Counted from the stretch's first letter, positions 25,536 through 39,470 are shown. The stretch: DNA of 64,000 nt from Eledone cirrhosa (GCA_964016885.1 CAXHJY010000344.1:8143-72142), one strand, 5' to 3'. Notes: generated by a model not told the origin, from the sequence alone. Numbers and translations are program-made.

Positions 25536-27242
25536 TTAAATGAAACAGAATTTGTTTTAGAGACAGAATTTATTCATATAAAAAAAAAACCATAAAAAAT
25601 TGTGAACAAAGTGGTTGGCTCAGGAAGCATTGGGGGGAAATTTGAAATTTTAGAAATATTTATAAAGTTATTTTAGATGACACCTTATCTCATGGAACTG
25701 CAGAATTTCTCTTCGTACCCTGGAGTTCCTTGGAATCCTCTCTGGGAAACACTATGACATATATCTCAATATATCTATGACATATGTCTATATATTTCAT
25801 AAATATTGTGAAGGCACATGGCTTTGTGGTTAGGGTATTCAGCTCACGATCGTAAGGTCAATAGTTTGATTCCCGGCAGCGGATTGTGTTCTTGAGCAAG
25901 ATACTTTATTTCACGTTGCTCCAGTTTCCTCAGTTGTATCTGTAATTTGAAAGGCCAGCCATGTCACATTCTGTATCACGCTGAATCTCCCTTCAGAAAA
26001 TGCTCGGCCACTTGCACGTTAATTTCACGAGCAGGCTGTTTCATTGATCGGATCAATTGGAACACTCGTCGTCATAACCAATGGAGTGCCTTCCATTGTA
26101 AATATAGTGGCGTATGTCTCTATATGACATAGATATACTGGACATACGTTTCTATATATCTATTATATATATCTATCACATGATGGCATATAAAGGCATA
26201 ATTCTCTACATATGTATATGTGTGTCCGTCATTTCAACTGAAACTGGGAAACAAACATAAAACTTCATTCATATAAGAGATTGTTTATTTCACTCATACT
26301 TGGGTAATTACATTCTGTCATACTATAACATTATTAAATATAAAATATTAATTATATACTAATTAAAATCAGTTACATTTAATGAAGGAGTTGAGATTTA
26401 TTTCATTGAAATTTCAGCTGTTTATAACATCATCCCCAAATAACTAAAAACATTTTAAAATATACTGAGATATGGAAACCAAGATTTCATTACAACTGAA
26501 TCACAAATATTATTTTTGCATGAAATTGAAACGAGATTTATATCAGATTAAATAATAAATGGGGGGGGGGGGGAATAAGCAGGGAATTCAACCCAAGACC
26601 TAATATTTGTGAAACGAACTTCTTACTTGTTTTGCCATTCTGTGTCCACTCCAGTGAAGTAGAAAAATGCACAACAATGCAGAAAATACTTAAGTGGTCG
26701 CCATCCAAGATGTGAAAATAATTCTTAAGTGGTCACCATCCTAGGTCTGGCAATAATTCCCACCAATTTCAAGACTTTTAAGACACTGGACATTATTGAT
26801 ATTTCCAAGTTTATTTTCGTCTTTCTCACTCCAAAGCTTTTTATTGTTTTTTTTTCTGATTTGGTTCTTTTTTTGGCCTTTTTTATTATACATTTTTAAT
26901 TTTCTGTCGTTGTTGTTGTCGACGCCATTGTTTTTCTTTTGTCATTGGTAAGAAAGTATTTTTTATTTGTTTTCTTTTTTTTTTAAATATTTGGTCAGTG
27001 TAAAGGATGTGGATACGTCAGCCATTGTTGCCAATGACATTGCTATCGCCATCGTCATCAAAGTCCACCTTCACCTTCACCTTCACCTGCTAACATCACC
27101 ATCGCCAGATTTATCAGCGTTGCTTTGTTGTCTACATCATCATTCCCATCATTGTCATCATTGTCATCATTGTTGTCATGAACATCGTCATCAGCAGCAT
27201 CAGCTGTGTCAGTCCTAACATTGGCGTAATCATTGCCATTTG

Positions 27243-27729
27243 TCATCATCATCACTGTCACAGCTATTATCATAACCACCACCACCACCACCACCATCAT
27301 CACTGTCACAGCTATTATCATAACCACCACCACCACCATCATCATCATCACTGTCACAGCTATTATCATAACCACCACCTCCACCACCCCCATCATCATC
27401 ACTGTCACAGCTATTATCATAACCACCACCACCACCACCATCATCATCACTGTCACAGCTATTATCATAACCACCACCACCACCACCACCATCACTGTCA
27501 CAGCTATTATCATAACCACCACCACCACCACCACCATCACTGTCACAGCTATTATCATAATCACCACCTCCACCACCCCCATCATCATCACTGTCACAGC
27601 TATTATCATAACCACCACCTCCACCACCCCCATCATCATCACAGCTATTATCATTAACACCACCACCATCATCATCATCATCACCATCACTGCCATCATC
27701 ATCATCATCATCATGTCACAGCTGTTATC

Positions 27730-27760
<31 letters not shown>
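27243..27760. repeat. CAT/CAC-based minisatellite, ~54-60 bp unit
   Basis: Unit catcactgtcacagctattatcataac(cac)n(cat)n repeated about 8 times. Confidence 0.95.
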
Positions 27761-29563
27761 CACCAACTGACAGCTCCAAGACAGCTCATGGACTTTTGAT
27801 TTGTACAAGTTCCTCAATCCACCCCACTCCTCCCTATTTATATGTTATCCCTAACACTGTTCAATCAATAAATTCAATAGCTCAATAGATCAATATTTCC
27901 ATAGCCTCATATTGACTGGTTGTGTTTTTACATCTGGAAAGAAAGTAGATCCAGCATGGCCAAAAGATTAAGGAATTCACTTTGCAATCATTAAGTCCCA
28001 GGTTCAATCCTACTGCATGACATCTTATGTATGTGTCATTTACTTTAGCTTTGGGTTGACTTATGCCTTGTGTGTGAAAGTGGATAGACAGAAACTGTTT
28101 GGAAGTCTGTCTAATGGACTGTATCTACTCTTGGGTTCCAAATGATAGGGGTGAGGATAAGCAGGGGTTGGGGAATCAGTAATTTTTCTAGGTTATCTCT
28201 GTTAATTTAAAAAAAAAAACAGAATTGGTTGTTTATTTTACATTTTGAGACCCCAAACTTTTTATTTTATAACGTATGAGATTTCTAGTCATGTACTTTT
28301 TTTGTCATGTATAATGTTTTTTAATGTCTGAAGAAAATTAATTGTTCCAGGAATGCTACCACTTAAAATAAAATTTCGCCAGAGATGGATTATCAAAATT
28401 CAATTGAGTGTGTGTGTAGGGTTTGAGTTGGTGGGTTGTGGAACAAATCTGAAAAATTAATAGGGATGAGGGGGGGGGGGGGGTATTATTCAAGAACTGA
28501 ATACTCTGTCACCCAGAATTTCTTAAATGAAATATACTGTATCTGAATTAATCAATGAAGAATTTAAAAAGGAACTTCCAAACATTAGTAATTATTTCAT
28601 TATTAAGGTGGCATTTGTAACATAAAATGGTTCTTAGATCCAATTATGCTAAAAGATATTAATTTAAATAGGAACCCTTTGAAATCAGTGGTTTGGTTTC
28701 ATAGAACGAGAAGTGGTTTTGGGGATGTTGTGGGGTGGTATCAAATGGGTTAAAATTAGCAGTTTTTGTTTCATAGAACTAGAGGCCAGGTTGATATGAA
28801 AAGGTTAAAACAGTGGATGCACTTTGAAAGAGAATTGGTTGCTATTTCTACCAGGTCAAACTACCAGGTAAAGCAATGGTTTTCAATTTATTGTCTGCTG
28901 ACTCTGTGGTACTAGTAGGTTAGGACAGGGGGCCAACAGATCTTGGGATATTGCTAAGGTAGTCCTGGAGGGCCGTGAAGGGGTTAAGTAAACAGAATTT
29001 TCTTAAGACTGATATTCGTGGGAAAGAAATTAATTTAAATAAATGAGGTTATAAGGTTAGGAATGTAAGTGTATGTTGGAAGGAGGATGAGGTAAAAATA
29101 CAAATGGCAGGTGGTGGTGGAGAAGGGAGGGGAACAAGGGTTGGAAAGTAAGAATTCAACTGAGTGGAGTGGAGTAGAAATGATAGTATGAGGGTGAGTG
29201 AATAAAGGAATGATTGAGGGATGTAAATGGATGGGGATATGGCTGGGGTAGACTGATGAATAAATAATACAAAGGTAGGAAGAAAAAATGTAGAAGATAG
29301 ATGAGAGATAACTAGAGTAAGTTAGATCATCAAGTTAGTGAATGGGGGACACAAAAAACCATAGCTTTTTTCTGGGGAATTGAAAGGACTGTATTAAAGA
29401 GACAACTCTAAAATATCTGAAGTGACATGAAGTGAATGATTCAGACCTTAAATTACATAAGATGATGATTGTTTATCAGTGACATACAATATGTGTGTAT
29501 TGTAGAACATAGCTTAACAATATCAACAATCACTGACTATGAAGTAAATACAATGATTGTACA

Positions 29564-30174
29564 CAAGTATAGATAGGGCCTCACATTCACCTGCTGTGGC
29601 CCTAAGCTATAGGGAATTTGAGGCCCTTCTTTAAAAAAAAAATTGGGGTAAAAAATTTTAAATAATTATACATTTTTATTATTTTTTTATATTAATTAGG
29701 ACGGTAGTTTAGAGGTAGAGCATCAAACACCATGCTTTGCAGCATAGAGTTATGGCCCTTTACATTGTGAGTTCAAATCCTGCCGAGGTTAGCTTTGCCT
29801 TTCATCCTTATGAGGTCGATAAAATAAAGCACCAGTAATGTACTGGGGTAATTGCAGACCTTGTGCCAAAAGTAGAAACATTATTTTTTTATGTTAATGA
29901 TAAAGAATAAATTATATATGAATATATATATATATATATATATGGCTTAGTGGTTAGAGCATTGGGCTTGCAATTGAAAGGTTGTGAGTTCAATTCTAGG
30001 ACCGGGTGATGTGTTGTTTCCTTGAGCAAGACACTTTATTTCACATTGCTCCAGTTTACTCAGCTGTAGAAATGAGATGATAGGACTGGGGTCCCTATCA
30101 TTAAATCACCCAAGACACCTCCAACGAGATATACCTTGGAGGAGGCCAGCTAAACCTACATAGGTGTGAGCTGT

Positions 30175-30231
<57 letters not shown>

Positions 30232-30417
30232 TTTCCATCTTTTAAGGATCTTCACTCTATTTTATAAGCTATCTTTTTAGCATTTCTGTGCTTGAGCACT
30301 TTCTTTATACTTATATATATACAGGGTGTCCCAAAAAATCTATACACACTTTGATTACCTGTACAGACAATATTCATTAGAATGTTTTTGAAGTGTGTAT
30401 ACATATTTTGGAACACC

Positions 30418-30461
<44 letters not shown>

Positions 30462-30595
30462 CTTTATCAACAACATTGATATAAAAAATAATTATGTATA
30501 ATTATTTTAAAAAAATTTATGAGTTTTTTTAGAAAAGTACCTCAAATTTCATATACCTTAGGTCCTCAGCAGGTGAAAATCCGGCCCTATACTTG
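29564..30595. mobile_element. Long-armed inverted-repeat element containing nested insertions
   Basis: Left tagggcc..ttcacctgctg..gaatttgagg versus right cctcaaatttc..cagcaggtgaaaatccggcccta; contains SINEs (29697-29882, 29942-30175) and a MITE; single arm again at ~54706-54850. Confidence 0.7.
30322..30420. mobile_element. 99-bp Tc1/mariner-type MITE
   Basis: TA|CAGGGTGTCCCAAAAAATCTATACACACTT..AAGTGTGTATACATATTTTGGAACACCCTG|TA. Confidence 0.85.
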
Positions 30596-31261
30596 GTTAT
30601 CCCTAATCCTTTATTGATAATCTTTTAAAAGCTAATCCAATCTTCAATCCTCAGCCCTTAATCTTCTATTTTAAACTAATGTCAGTAGATACATGTTAGA
30701 TAAATACATTTTATCTATAAACATCTTCATATGAAGTTTACATTTACATTCATATGTTATGGTTCTGTAACTCCTGAGGGAGTCGTATGGGTGCCCCGTG
30801 TGAACATATGACATTTCTAGGGCATTTTTAAACCTGGCAGAACCCAACTCTCTCCAGGCCTGAATACAACAGATGTCTTCCAGAGAAGGACAGAGAGAGT
30901 GAGAGAATGGAAGTGCGAAAGAGATATAGAGGAAGAATCTACCCCAGTTCATGACTGGTACTTCATATTAATAGATCTCTCTAGATCTGAATGCTGCAGA
31001 TTTCTTCCAGGGAAGGATAGTGAGTGTGAGAGAGAATGGAAGGGAGAAAGAGATATAGTGGAAGAATCAACCCCATTTCATGACTGGTACTTTTTTTATC
31101 GACCTCAAATAGATGAAAGGCAAAGTTGACCTTGGCAGGGTTTGAAATGAGAGAGCAGACAGTCTAAATAAATACTGCAAAGCATTTTATCCGATGTTCC
31201 AGCGACTTTGTCACCATCTGTAGATTATATTTTGGAGATTACAGAAGACCAGACACTGAAG

Positions 31262-34200
31262 GTTTTGTTGTTGTTGCAGCTGCTGTGGCTGTCGTTGTTG
31301 TTGTTGTTGTTGTTGCAGTTGCTGTGGCTGTCGTTGTTGTTGCAGTTGCTGTGGCAGTCGTTGTTGTTGTTGCAGTTGCTGTGGCTGTCGTTGTTGTTGT
31401 TGTTGCCTGTGGCTGTCGTTATTGTTGTTGTTGCAGCTGCTGTGGCTGTCGTTGTTGTTGTTGTTGCAGTTGCTGTGGCTGTCGTTGTTGTTGCAGTTGC
31501 TGTGGCAGTCGTTGTTGTTGTTGCAGTTGCTGTGGCTGTCGTTGTTGTTGTTGTTGCCTGTGGCTGTCGTTATTGTTGTTGTTGCAGCTGCTGTGGCTGT
31601 CGTTGTTGTTGTTGTTGCAGTTGCTGTGGCTGTCGTTATTGTTGTTGTTGCAGTTGCTGTGGCTGTCGTTGTTGTTGCAGTTGCTGTGGCAGTCGTTGTT
31701 GTTGTTGCAGTTGCTGTGGCTGTCGTTGTTGTTGTTGTTGCCTGTGGCTGTCGTTGTTGTTGTTGTTGCAGTTGCTGTGGCTGTTGTTGTTGCAGTTGCT
31801 GTGGCTGTCGTTGTTGTTGTTGCAGTTGCTGTGGCTGTCGTTGTTGTTGTTGTTGCCTGTGGCTGTCGTTGTTGTTGTTGTTGCAGCTGCTGTGGCTGTC
31901 GTTGTTGTTGTTGTTGCAGTTGCTGTGGCTGTTGTTGTTGCAGTTGCTGTGGCTGTCGTTATTGTTGTTGTTGCAGTTGCTGTGGCTGTCGTTATTGTTG
32001 TTGTTGCAGTTGCTGTGGCAGTCGTTGTTGTTGTTGCAGTTGCTGTGGCTGTCGTTGTTGTTGTTGTTGCAGTTGCTGTGGCTGTCGTTATTGTTGTTGT
32101 TGCAGTTGCTGTGGCTGTCGTTGTTGTTGCAGTTGCTGTGGCTGTCGTTGTTGTTGTTGTTGCAGTTGCTGTGGCAGTCGTTGTTGTTGTTGCAGTTGCT
32201 GTGGCTGTCGTTGTTGTTGTTGTTGCCTGTGGCTGTCGTTGTTGTTGTTGTTGCAGTTGCTGTGGCTGTTGTTGTTGCAGTTGCTGTGGCAGTCGTTGTT
32301 GTTGTTGCAGTTGCTGTGGCTGTCGTTGTTGTTGTTGTTGCCTGTGGCTGTCGTTGTTGTTGTTGTTGCAGCTGCTGTGGCTGTCGTTGTTGTTGTTGTT
32401 GCAGTTGCTGTGGCTGTTGTTGTTGCAGTTGCTGTGGCTGTCGTTATTGTTGTTGTTGCAGTTGCTGTGGCTGTCGTTATTGTTGTTGTTGCAGTTGCTG
32501 TGGCAGTCGTTGTTGTTGTTGCAGTTGCTGTGGCTGTCGTTATTGTTGTTGTTGGAGTTGCTGTGGCTGTCGTTATTGTTGTTGTTGCAGTTGCTGTGGC
32601 TGTCGTTGTTGTTGTTGTTGCAGTTGCTGTGGCTGTCGTTATTGTTGTTGTTGGAGTTGCTGTGGCTGTCGTTGTTGTTGTTGTTGCAGTTGCTGTGGCT
32701 GTCGTTATTGTTGTTGTTGCAGTTGCTGTGGCTGTCGTTATTGTTGTTGTTGCAGTTGCTGTGGCCGTCGTTATTGTTGTTGTTGCAGTTGCTGTGGCTG
32801 TTGTTGTTGCAGTTGCTGTGGCCGTCGTTATTGTTGTTGTTGCAGTTGCTGTGGCTGTCGTTATTGTTGTTGTTGCAGTTGCTGTGGCTGTCGTTGTTGT
32901 TGTTGTTGCAGTTGCTGTGGCTGTCGTTATTGTTGTTGTTGCAGTTGCTGTGGCTGTCGTTATTGTTGTTGTTGCAGTTGCTGTGGCTGTTGTTGTTGCA
33001 GTTGCTGTGGCCGTCGTTATTGTTGTTGTTGCAGTTGCTGTGGCTGTTGTTGTTGCAGTTGCTGTGGCCGTCGTTATTGTTGTTGTTGCAGTTGCTGTGG
33101 CTGTCGTTATTGTTGTTGTTGCAGTTGCTGTGGCTATCGTTGTTGTTGTTGTTGTTGCTGTGGCTGTCGTTATTGTTGTTGTTGCAGTTGCTGTGGCTGT
33201 CGTTATTGTTGTTGTTGCAGTTGCTGTGGCTGTTGTTGTTGCAGTTGCTGTGGCCGTCGTTATTGTTGTTGTTGCAGTTGCTGTGGCTGTCGTTATTGTT
33301 GTTGTTGCAGTTGCTGTGGCTATCGTTGTTGTTGTTGTTGTTGCTGTGGCTGTCGTTATTGTTGTTGTTGCAGTTGCTGTGGCTGTCGTTATTGTTGTTG
33401 TTGCAGTTGCTGTGGCTGTCGTTATTGTTGTTGTTGCAGTTGCTGTGGCTGTCGTTATTGTTGTTGTTGCAGTTGCTGTGGCTGTTGTTGTTGCAGTTGC
33501 TGTGGCCGTCGTTATTGTTGTTGTTGCAGTTGCTGTGGCTGTTGTTGTTGCAGTTGCTGTGGCCGTCGTTATTGTTGTTGTTGCAGTTGCTGTGGCTGTC
33601 GTTATTGTTGTTGTTGCAGTTGCTGTGGCTGTTGTTGTTGCAGTTGCTGTGGCCGTCGTTATTGTTGTTGTTGCAGTTGCTGTGGCTGTCGTTATTGTTG
33701 TTGTTGCAGTTGCTGTGGCTGTTGTTGTTGCAGTTGCTGTGGCCGTCGTTATTGTTGTTGTTGCAGTTGCTGTGGCTGTCGTTATTGTTGTTGTTGCAGT
33801 TGCTGTGGCTGTCGTTATTGTTGTTGTTGCAGTTGCTGTGGCTGTCGTTATTGTTGTTGTTGCAGTTGCTGTGGCTGTCGTTATTGTTGTTGTTGCAGTT
33901 GCTGTGGCTATCGTTGTTGTTGTTGTTGTTGCTGTGGCTGTCGTTATTGTTGTTGTTGCAGTTGCTGTGGCTGTCGTTATTGTTGTTGTTGCAGTTGCTG
34001 TGGCTGTTGTTGTTGCAGTTGCTGTGGCCGTCGTTATTGTTGTTGTTGCAGTTGCTGTCGTTGTTGTTGTTGCAGTTGCTGTGGCCGTCGTTATTGTTGT
34101 TGTTGCAGTTGCTGTGGCTGTCGTTATTGTTGTTGTTGCAGTTGCTGTGGCTGTTGTTGTTGCAGTTGCTGTGGCCGTCGTTATTGTTGTTGTTGCAGTT

Positions 34201-35842
34201 GCTGTGGCTGTCGTTATTGTTGTTGTTGCAGTTGCTGTGGCTGTCGTTATTGTTGTTGTTGCAGTTGCTGTGGCTGTCGTTGTTGTTGTTGTTGCAGTTG
34301 CTGTGGCTGTCGTTGTTGTTGTTGTTGCAGCTGCTGTGGCTATCGTTGTTGTTGTTGTTGTTGTTGCTGTGGCTGTCGTTGTTGTTGTTGTTGCAGTTGC
34401 TGTGGCTATCGTTGTTGTTGTTGTTGGAGTTGCTGTGGCTGTCGTTATTGTTGTTGTTGCAGTTGCTGTGGCTGTTGTTGTTGCAGTTGCTGTGGCCGTC
34501 GTTATTGTTGTTGTTGCAGTTGCTGTGGCTGTCGTTATTGTTGTTGTTGCAGTTGCTGTGGCTGTCGTTGTTGTTGTTGTTGCAGCTGCTGTGGCTATCG
34601 TTGTTGTTGTTGTTGTTGTTGCTGTGGCTGTCGTTGTTGTTGTTGTTGCAGTTGCTGTGGCTGTTGTTGTTGCAGCTGCTGCAGCTGTCGTTGTTGTTGT
34701 AGCTGCCTGTGGATGTCGTTGTTGTTGTTGTTGCAGTTGCTGCAGCTGTCGTTGTTGTTGTTGTTGTTGCAGGTGCTGTGGCTGTCGTTGTTGTTGTTGT
34801 TGCAGTTGCTGTGGCTGTCGTTGTTGTTGTTGTTGCAGCTGCTGTGGCTATCGTTGTTGTTGTTGTTGTTGTTGCTGTGGCTGTCGTTATTGTTGTTGTT
34901 GCAGCTGCTGTGGCTGTCGTTGTTGTTGTTGTTGCAGTTGCTGTCGTTGTTGTTGTTGTTGCAGTTGCTGTGGCTGTCGTTGTTGTTGTTGTTGCAGTTG
35001 CTGTCGTTGTTGTTGTTGTTGCCTGTGGCTGTCGTTATTGTTGTTGTTGCAGTTGCTGTGGCTGTTGTTGTTGCAGCTGTCGTTGTTGTTGCAGTTGCTG
35101 TGGCTGTCGTTGTTGTTGTTGTTGCAGCTGCTGTGGCTATCGTTGTTGTTGTTGTTGCAGCTGCTGTGGCTATCGTTGTTGTTGTTGTTGCTGTGGCTGT
35201 TGTTGTTGCAGCTGCTGCAGCTGTCGTTGTTGTTGTTGCAGTTGCTGTGGCTGTCGTTGTTGTTGTTGTTGCAGCTGCTGTGGCTATCGTTGTTGTTGTT
35301 GTTGCAGCTGCTGTGGCTATCGTTGTTGTTGTTGTTGCTGTGGCTGTTGTTGTTGCAGCTGCTGCAGCTGTCGTTGTTGTTGTTGCAGTTGCTGTGGCTG
35401 TCGTTGTTGTTGTTGTTGCAGTTGCTGCAGCTGTCGTCGTTGTTGTTGTTGCAGTTGCTGTCGTTGTTGTTGTTGTTGCAGTTGCTGTGGCAGTCGTTGT
35501 TGTTGTTGCTGTTGCTATCGTTGTTGTTGTTGTTGTTGCAGTTGCTGTCGTTGCTGTTGTTGTTGCAGTTGCTGTGGCTGTCGTTGTTGTTGTTGCTGTT
35601 GCAGTTGCTGTGGCTGTCGTTGTTGCAGTTGCTGTTGCAGTTGCTGTGGCTGTGGCTGTCGTTGCAGTTGCTGTGGCTATCGTTGTTGTCGTTGTTGTTG
35701 CTGTTGCAGCTGTTGCAGCTGTCGTTGTTGTTGCAGTTGCTGTGGCTGTTGTTGTTGTTGTTGTTGTTGCAGTTGCTGTGGCTATCGTTGTTGTTGTTGT
35801 TGTGGTTGTTGTTATTGATGTTGTTGCTGATATTGTTATTGT
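31262..35842. repeat. 4.6 kb GTT-based minisatellite, 24-33 bp units
   Basis: Unit gcagttgctgtggctgtcgttattgttgttgtt with variable (gtt)n; the long ORFs in all three + frames are repeat artefacts. Confidence 0.97.
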
Positions 35843-36119
35843 TTAGTCTCTATGTCCCCATGTCAGCTGCCCTTATCAAGTAGACCTATGATCAAATGTT
35901 TCACCTGTGATATATATATATATATACATATATATACACATACAGAGAGAGAGAGGGGGAGAGAAAGATGAAGGAGGGGGGGGGGAGGGTTATTGCGGTT
36001 AGAAAATAAACTCCGAGATTGGTTTAAAATTGAAGTAAGTGTCATTGATATTCTGAGAATCAATGCTGTTTGCTGTTTAGTGCAGAGTTAGAGAGAGATC
36101 AATACAGCATTGTCTGTCA

Positions 36120-36395
36120 ATGACTACAACAACAACTACTACTACTACTACAATAGCGACTACAAAGCCTACAACAACAACAATGACATGTACAGCAACA
36201 ATAATGGCATCTACGGCAACAACAACGATAATGACTTCAAAACCTATAACAACAACAATAACGACATCTACAGCAACAACAACAACAACGACTACTACAA
36301 TATCTACAACAACAACAACAACAACGACTACTACAATATCTACAACAACAACAACAACGACTACTACAATATCTACAACAACAAGAATGGCAATA
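36120..36395. repeat. (ACA)n-rich repeat with ~33-36 bp unit
   Basis: acaacaacgactactacaatatctac repeated three times. Confidence 0.85.
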
Positions 36396-36482
36396 TTTGA
36401 TGTTTTGCCAGGGACTCTCTGAAAATTTGACATTCAGTCAATATTTGAAACTTTACATTTCATCATCATCATCATCATCATC

Positions 36483-36646
36483 ATTGTTTCTACTTTTGGC
36501 ACAAGGCCAACAATTACCCAGTACATTACTGGTACTTTATTTTATCGACCCCGTAAGGATGAAAGGCAAAGTTAACCTCGGCGGGATTTGAACTCAGAAC
36601 GTAAAGGGCCGTAACTCTATGCTGTAAAGCATGGTGTCTGACGCTA
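36483..36646 (-). mobile_element. Family-A SINE
   Basis: Meta-like core and B box on the minus strand. Confidence 0.88.
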
Positions 36647-36964
36647 TGAAATAATGAGAAAAAAAAGGGATCAGGTGAAATGAAGGGCCAACTCTACACC
36701 CCTAGATAGAATATCTCAACTGTGCTCCATGGACAATATTAGTGAAAGTATAGCCACCAAATCCATTTAATGTTTAAAATGTTGTCTTTAGTAACTATTA
36801 TTAAAAGCTTAGCTTTGCCTTTCATCCTTACGGGGTCGATAAAGTAAAGTACCAGTAACGCACTGGGGTTGATTTAGTCGACTTTCCCGCCCCCAAAATT
36901 GCTGCCTTGTGGCTAAATCAGAAACTATTATTAGAGAAAGGAGGTGGAACCTTATCCGAAGTCG

Positions 36965-37300
36965 ATAAAATGGGTTTTCACCAGTTGTGACGATGAGTGT
37001 TCCAGCTGTTCAGTCAAATGAATGGTATACAAAAAAAAAACCTTCTGGTTATGGAATGACCATGGGATTTGCATTTGAAAGTTCCCCCCTGAGGCACAAG
37101 CCCGAGCCAAGTGTTTTTATGGAAGACCAGTCCCTCTTCGCCATGCCACTGATGTTGTCCAAGGGAAAGGCAATGGCTGATACAGCTTGGTACCAGTGAT
37201 GTCACAACTCATTTTTACAGCTTAGTAAACTGGTGCAACATGAAATAAAGTGTCTTGCTCAAGGACACAACACATCACCTGGTCCACTCAACCACATGCA
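36965..37300 (-). mobile_element. CORE-type SINE with distinct tail
   Basis: aaataaagtgtcttgctcaaggacacaaca (CORE, -); tail gaccatgggattt..gaggcacaag..caatggc shared with 63015-63330. Confidence 0.7.
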
Positions 37301-37360
37301 TTCTTTAGACATTAAAACACGTTATACATGACAAAAAAAGAACATTACTAGAAATCCTAT

Positions 37361-38072
37361 ATGCACTCACACACACACATGCATGCACACATATACATTC
37401 ATACATGCATACAAGCATGCACACAAGTACGCATGTACACACTTATATACAAGCACACACACATACAAGCATGCATACACATACACGCACACACATACAA
37501 ACACACACAACCACACATACACAAGTACACACAAACACAAGCACACGCAACCACACATACACACAAACACAAGCACACACACACATGCACACACATAACG
37601 CGCACACATACAAGCACATATACACAAGTACATACATACACACGCACACACAAACACACACGCACACACAACAACACACGAACACAATTACACACACACA
37701 TAATACACGCAAACACAAGTGCACACATACACACGCGCACACAAACACAAACACACATACACGCAAACACAAGTACACACATACACACAGGCACACACAT
37801 ACACAAGTACATACATACACGCAGAGAAAGCGAATGACACAGAGAGTTGCCCCCAACGTGACATATCTACACTGACCACCAGTACAAGTAGCAACTATAT
37901 CAACAGTAGCTGTTTTCTGGAACACATTAAATGGAATCAATATAGAACTGTGAAGTAATTACTGTCTTGTAAATAATATACAGCTGGAATGCAGGGGGGG
38001 GGGGGATAAGAAGAGGAGAAGAACAGAGGACTTATACTCGTGTGTAGAGTGTATCATCATCATCATCATTAT

Positions 38073-38104
<32 letters not shown>

Positions 38105-38250
38105 TCATCACCATCTTCATCATCATCATCTCGACCATCATCATCATCATCATCAGCATCATCATCACCATCATCATCATCATCATCACGGCCATCATCA
38201 TCATCATCATCATCATTGTCACAGCCATTATCATCATCATCATCATCAAG
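37361..38250. repeat. Degenerate (CA)n tract and (CAT)n microsatellite
   Basis: 37361-37822 CA-rich; 38053-38248 (cat)n. Confidence 0.9.
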
Positions 38251-38442
38251 GGCGGTTGATTGGCAGTATTGTTAGAGGGTCGGACGTCATGCTTTGACGC
38301 ATAGAGTTGCGGCCCTTGCCATTCTGAGTTCAAATCCCGCCGAGGTTAACTTTGCCTTTCATCCTTACAGGGGTCGATAAAATAAAGTACCAGTAATGTG
38401 CTGGGGTAATTGCTGGCCTTGTGCCTAACGTAGAAACAATTA
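38250..38442 (+). mobile_element. Family-A SINE inserted in (CAT)n
   Basis: A box, B box, Meta-like core, ggccttgtgcc tail. Confidence 0.9.
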
Positions 38443-38554
38443 TCATCATCATCATTATCACTGTCACAGTCATCATCATCATCATCATCATCATCACAAC
38501 CATTATCACCACCACCACCTCCATTATATTCATCATCACCAAGACCACCGCCAT

Positions 38555-38632
<78 letters not shown>

Positions 38633-39287
38633 CTGATGATTTCTAAAGAATGAAACAGTTCTAGTCCTGTAGAATCTCATCTATATTAAAACTATATATA
38701 TATAAAACATGAGAAGAAAGAAGAATACTGCGTGGTTGCACATGGGTTACATATGATAAAAATAGTCCTTCGTCAGTGATTTTCCAACCATCATTGGTAT
38801 TTCATCGCATTAAAAATCAGATACCTCAGGTTGGTGCGAGCAATAATCTAAAAAAAGTTATTGGGACCAGTAAATCGCGTAAAGCGAGGGGGACAAGTAA
38901 ACAACATAGAAGGATAAAAGCAAACCATATACTTGTATATATGTTGTGGTCGTGATGATGATGATGTGGAGGAGGAGGAGGCGGATGGTGGTGGTCGTAG
39001 TGATGATGATGATGATGATGAATATAATGGTGGTGATGATGATGATACACTGTATACACGAGTATACATCGTATGTTCGCTCTTCTTGTCTAATATTTCC
39101 CCCTCCACTTCAACTGTATATATATATTAAAATAACAGATTAAAGAATCGCTGCTTAACTATTCTTTACTTAAACTTTAATCTGTTATTTTAATAAATAT
39201 TTGCTCTACGGTTCTTATATATTTGATATATATTTATCCTTATCGAGCCCTCTTTGGATTTTAGTCTTCAAATTTATTATTATTACT

Positions 39288-39470
39288 GGATTGGCAGTAT
39301 CGGTAGAGGGTCGGACGCCATGCTTTCCAGCATAGTTACGTCCCTTTACGATCTGAGTTCAAATCCCGCCGAAGTTGACTTTGCCTTTCATCCTTACGGG
39401 GGTCGATAAAATAAAGTGCCAGTAATGCACTGGATAATTGCTGGCCTTGTGCCTAAAGTAGAAACAATTA
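39288..39470 (+). mobile_element. Family-A SINE
   Basis: Near-consensus copy preceded by (ATT)n. Confidence 0.9.

Noticed and set aside
27058-27799. His-rich / Thr-Ile-rich ORFs
   Set aside because: Translations of a CAT/CAC minisatellite, open in several frames on both strands
31208-35883. ORFs of 1164-1532 aa (poly-Leu/Val/Cys; keratin-associated or metallothionein-like look)
   Set aside because: All three frames are open only because the GTT-based repeat lacks stop codons; frames interconvert at shifted units and there is no unique domain
38633-38680. CTGATGA..GAAAC..GTC hammerhead-like string
   Set aside because: No stem I pairing, weak stems II and III, and no second copy in the window
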